DNA of 64,000 nucleotides from Escherichia coli (GTDB lineage Bacteria; Pseudomonadota; Gammaproteobacteria; Enterobacterales; Enterobacteriaceae): NCBI RefSeq assembly GCF_017348835.2, contig NZ_CP071375.1; one strand, 5' to 3'. Shown piece by piece: positions 60,401 to 64,000 of this stretch (position 1 is its first letter; each line of letters starts with the position of its first letter). The notes under the pieces were generated by a model. It saw only the letters and a program-made list of their open reading frames with translations, ran no database searches and was not told where the DNA came from. The position numbers and the translations under genes were made by a program.

Positions 60401-62479
60401 ATGTCATATACACCGATGAGTGATCTCGGACAGCAAGGGTTGTTCGACATCACTCGGACACTATTGCAGCAGCCCGATCTGGCCTCGCTGTGTGAGGCTC
60501 TTTCGCAACTGGTAAAGCGTTCTGCGCTCGCCGACAACGCGGCTATTGTGTTGTGGCAAGCGCAGACTCAACGTGCGTCTTATTACGCATCGCGTGAAAA
60601 AGACACCCCCATTAAATATGAAGACGAAACTGTTCTGGCACACGGTCCGGTACGCAGCATTTTGTCGCGCCCTGATACGCTGCATTGCAGTTACGAAGAA
60701 TTTTGTGAAACCTGGCCGCAGCTGGCCGCAGGTGGGCTATACCCAAAATTTGGTCACTATTGCCTGATGCCACTGGCGGCGGAAGGGCATATTTTTGGTG
60801 GCTGTGAATTTATTCGTTATGACGATCGCCCCTGGAGCGAAAAAGAGTTCAATCGTCTGCAAACATTTACGCAGATCGTTTCTGTCGTCACCGAACAAAT
60901 CCAGAGCCGCGTCGTTAACAATGTCGACTATGAGTTGTTATGCCGGGAACGCGATAACTTCCGCATCCTGGTCGCCATCACCAACGCGGTGCTTTCCCGC
61001 CTGGATATGGACGAACTGGTCAGCGAAGTCGCCAAAGAAATCCATTACTATTTCGACATTGACGATATCAGCATCGTCTTACGCAGTCACCGTAAAAACA
61101 AACTCAACATCTACTCCACTCACTATCTTGATAAACAGCATCCCGCCCACGAACAGAGCGAAGTCGATGAAGCCGGAACCCTCACCGAACGCGTGTTCAA
61201 AAGTAAAGAGATGCTGCTGATTAATCTCCACGAGCGGGATGATTTAGCCCCCTATGAACGCATGTTGTTCGACACCTGGGGCAACCAGATTCAAACCTTG
61301 TGCCTGTTACCGCTGATGTCTGGCGACACCATGCTGGGCGTGCTGAAACTGGCGCAATGTGAAGAGAAAGTGTTTACCACTACCAATCTGAATTTACTGC
61401 GCCAGATTGCCGAACGTGTGGCAATCGCTGTCGATAACGCCCTCGCCTATCAGGAAATCCATCGTCTGAAAGAACGGCTGGTTGATGAAAACCTCGCCCT
61501 GACCGAGCAGCTCAACAATGTTGATAGTGAATTTGGCGAGATTATTGGCCGCAGCGAAGCCATGTACAGCGTGCTTAAACAAGTTGAAATGGTGGCGCAA
61601 AGTGACAGTACCGTGCTGATCCTCGGTGAAACTGGCACGGGTAAAGAGCTGATTGCCCGTGCTATCCATAATCTCAGTGGGCGTAATAATCGCCGCATGG
61701 TCAAAATGAACTGCGCGGCGATGCCTGCCGGATTGCTGGAGAGCGATCTGTTTGGTCATGAGCGTGGAGCTTTTACCGGTGCCAGCGCCCAGCGTATCGG
61801 TCGTTTTGAACTGGCGGATAAAAGCTCCCTGTTCCTCGACGAAGTGGGCGATATGCCACTGGAGTTACAGCCGAAGTTGCTGCGTGTATTGCAGGAACAG
61901 GAGTTTGAACGCCTCGGCAGCAACAAAATCATTCAGACGGACGTGCGTCTAATCGCCGCGACTAACCGCGATCTGAAAAAAATGGTCGCCGACCGTGAGT
62001 TCCGTAGCGATCTCTATTACCGCCTGAACGTATTCCCGATTCACCTTCCGCCACTACGCGAGCGTCCGGAAGATATTCCGCTGCTGGCGAAAGCCTTTAC
62101 CTTCAAAATTGCCCGTCGTCTGGGGCGCAATATCGACAGCATTCCTGCCGAGACGTTGCGCACCTTGAGCAATATGGAGTGGCCGGGTAACGTACGCGAA
62201 CTGGAAAACGTCATTGAGCGCGCGGTATTGCTAACACGCGGCAACGTGCTGCAGCTGTCATTGCCAGATATTGCTTTACCGGAGCCTGAAACGCCGCCTG
62301 CCGCAACGGTTGTCGCTCAGGAGGGCGAAGATGAATATCAGTTGATTGTTCGCGTGCTGAAAGAAACTAACGGCGTGGTTGCCGGGCCTAAAGGCGCTGC
62401 GCAACGTCTGGGGCTGAAACGCACGACCCTGCTGTCACGGATGAAGCGACTGGGAATTGATAAATCGGCATTGATTTAA
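60401..62479 (+). CDS. fhlA: Formate hydrogenlyase transcriptional activator FhlA
   Basis: ORF 60365..62479; GAF + sigma-54 AAA+ ([14 protein letters not shown]) + HTH; start trimmed to MSYTPMSDLGQQ (692 aa). Confidence 0.9.
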   Translation: MSYTPMSDLGQQGLFDITRTLLQQPDLASLCEALSQLVKRSALADNAAIVLWQAQTQRASYYASREKDTPIKYEDETVLAHGPVRSILSRPDTLHCSYEEFCETWPQLAAGGLYPKFGHYCLMPLAAEGHIFGGCEFIRYDDRPWSEKEFNRLQTFTQIVSVVTEQIQSRVVNNVDYELLCRERDNFRILVAITNAVLSRLDMDELVSEVAKEIHYYFDIDDISIVLRSHRKNKLNIYSTHYLDKQHPAHEQSEVDEAGTLTERVFKSKEMLLINLHERDDLAPYERMLFDTWGNQIQTLCLLPLMSGDTMLGVLKLAQCEEKVFTTTNLNLLRQIAERVAIAVDNALAYQEIHRLKERLVDENLALTEQLNNVDSEFGEIIGRSEAMYSVLKQVEMVAQSDSTVLILGETGTGKELIARAIHNLSGRNNRRMVKMNCAAMPAGLLESDLFGHERGAFTGASAQRIGRFELADKSSLFLDEVGDMPLELQPKLLRVLQEQEFERLGSNKIIQTDVRLIAATNRDLKKMVADREFRSDLYYRLNVFPIHLPPLRERPEDIPLLAKAFTFKIARRLGRNIDSIPAETLRTLSNMEWPGNVRELENVIERAVLLTRGNVLQLSLPDIALPEPETPPAATVVAQEGEDEYQLIVRVLKETNGVVAGPKGAAQRLGLKRTTLLSRMKRLGIDKSALI

Positions 62480-62488
62480 CTGCAAATT

Positions 62489-62511
62489 GCCGGACAGATC
62501 TGACTGTCCGG
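62489..62511. terminator. Hairpin between convergent fhlA and ygbA
   Basis: gccggacag ... ctgtccggc stem; flanking T/A runs are weak. Confidence 0.45.
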
Positions 62512-62515
62512 CATA

Positions 62516-62869
62516 CTATTCACGAGGTTTTTTCGGACGATATTTTTCCGGCAGTTCTGGCACCGGACGCTTGTCATCGATGAGATGACGCACGGTTAAG
62601 ATCGGATGACGCCACAGCATTCTCGGCCCGGCCCAACGCATAATCTGTTTCATCTCTTCACGCTTTGCAGGCTGGTAACAGTGCACCGGACACTGCTTAC
62701 AGGCTGGTTTCTCTTCGCCGAACACACATTTATCCAGCCGCTTTTGCGCGTAAACAAACAACGCCTCGTAATGCTCCGGCTCCGCTGACGCCTGCGGGCA
62801 TTTCGCTTGATAAAGATCGATCATTTTTTTAATCGTCAGTTTTTCACGAGAGATACGCTTGCCGGACAT
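62516..62869 (-). CDS. ygbA: Conserved Cys-rich protein YgbA
   Basis: 117-aa ORF recognised as YgbA. Confidence 0.85.
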   Translation of the reverse strand: MSGKRISREKLTIKKMIDLYQAKCPQASAEPEHYEALFVYAQKRLDKCVFGEEKPACKQCPVHCYQPAKREEMKQIMRWAGPRMLWRHPILTVRHLIDDKRPVPELPEKYRPKKPRE

Positions 62870-63155
62870 GCTGCCTCCATACTCTTAAGGTGTATTTATA
62901 CTACAACTTAATTTGAAAGGGGACTATGGCTCTGAAGGAGGAGGTTTATTCAACCGACGCAATTTTGCGTACTTGCTTCATAAGCATCACGCAAAAGCTG
63001 CAAAACAGCATCTTTCCCGGAACCAACATCAAGAACTCGCCGTTCGCTTCTTCCCCTGAAATGATTAACTCCGGTATCATGTGCGCCTTATGTGATTACA
63101 ACGAAAATAAAAACCATCACACCCCATTTAATATCAGGGAACCGGACATAACCCC

Positions 63156-64000
63156 ATGAGTGCAATAGAAAATTTCGACGCCCATACGCCCATGATGCAG
63201 CAGTATCTCAAGCTGAAAGCCCAGCATCCCGAGATCCTGCTGTTTTACCGGATGGGTGATTTTTATGAACTGTTTTATGACGACGCAAAACGCGCATCGC
63301 AACTGCTGGATATTTCACTGACCAAACGCGGTGCTTCGGCGGGAGAGCCGATCCCGATGGCGGGGATTCCCTACCATGCGGTGGAAAACTACCTCGCCAA
63401 ACTGGTGAATCAGGGCGAGTCCGTTGCCATCTGCGAACAAATTGGCGATCCGGCGACCAGCAAAGGTCCGGTTGAGCGCAAAGTTGTGCGTATCGTTACG
63501 CCAGGCACCATCAGCGATGAAGCCCTGTTGCAGGAGCGTCAGGACAACCTGCTGGCGGCTATCTGGCAGGACAGCAAAGGTTTCGGCTACGCGACGCTGG
63601 ATATCAGTTCCGGTCGTTTTCGCCTGAGCGAACCGGCTGACCGGGAAACGATGGCGGCAGAACTGCAACGCACTAATCCTGCGGAACTGCTGTATGCAGA
63701 AGATTTTGCTGAAATGTCGTTAATTGAAGGCCGTCGCGGCCTGCGCCGTCGCCCGCTGTGGGAGTTTGAAATCGACACCGCGCGCCAGCAGTTGAATCTG
63801 CAATTTGGGACCCGCGATCTGGTCGGTTTTGGCGTCGAGAACGCGCCGCGCGGACTTTGTGCTGCCGGTTGTCTGTTGCAGTATGCGAAAGATACCCAAC
63901 GTACGACTCTGCCGCATATTCGTTCCATCACCATGGAACGTGAGCAGGACAGCATCATTATGGATGCCGCGACGCGTCGTAATCTGGAAATCACCCAGAA
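63156..64000 (+). CDS. mutS: DNA mismatch repair protein MutS, N-terminal fragment (runs off the window end)
   Basis: ATG at 63156 opens [40 protein letters not shown]...; absent from the ORF track because no stop lies in the window. Confidence 0.9.

Noticed and set aside
62926-63159. 77-aa plus-strand ORF between ygbA and mutS
   Set aside because: It sits in the mutS promoter region and ends at the mutS start; no RBS or recognisable features.

Overview
This window is an Escherichia coli-type chromosomal segment, syntenic with the K-12 gabP-to-mutS region and identified by reading the translated ORFs against remembered protein sequences (no search was run). It is almost entirely core genome: csiR, kbp, yqaE, ygaV/ygaP, stpA, alaE, nrdHIEF, proVWX, ygaZH, mprA-emrAB, luxS, MicA, gshA, the serV-argVYZQ tRNA array, csrA, alaS, recX-recA, pncC, mltB, the srl/gut operon, norRVW, hypF-hydN, ascGFB, hycABCDEFGHI, hypABCDE, fhlA, ygbA and the start of mutS. 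The one clear accessory stretch is about 1.7 kb between ascB and hycI (roughly 46925-48635). It carries three minus-strand genes that I do not recall at this position in K-12: a divergent higB/higA-like toxin-antitoxin pair, and an unrecognised exported protein that starts 24 nt after the hycI stop. Other points worth checking are an apparent 1-nt frameshift in alaE, structured pseudo-tRNA-like spacer repeats in the tRNA-Arg array, and an intact ygaY-like transporter. No CRISPR array, insertion sequence, transposase or integrase is visible.
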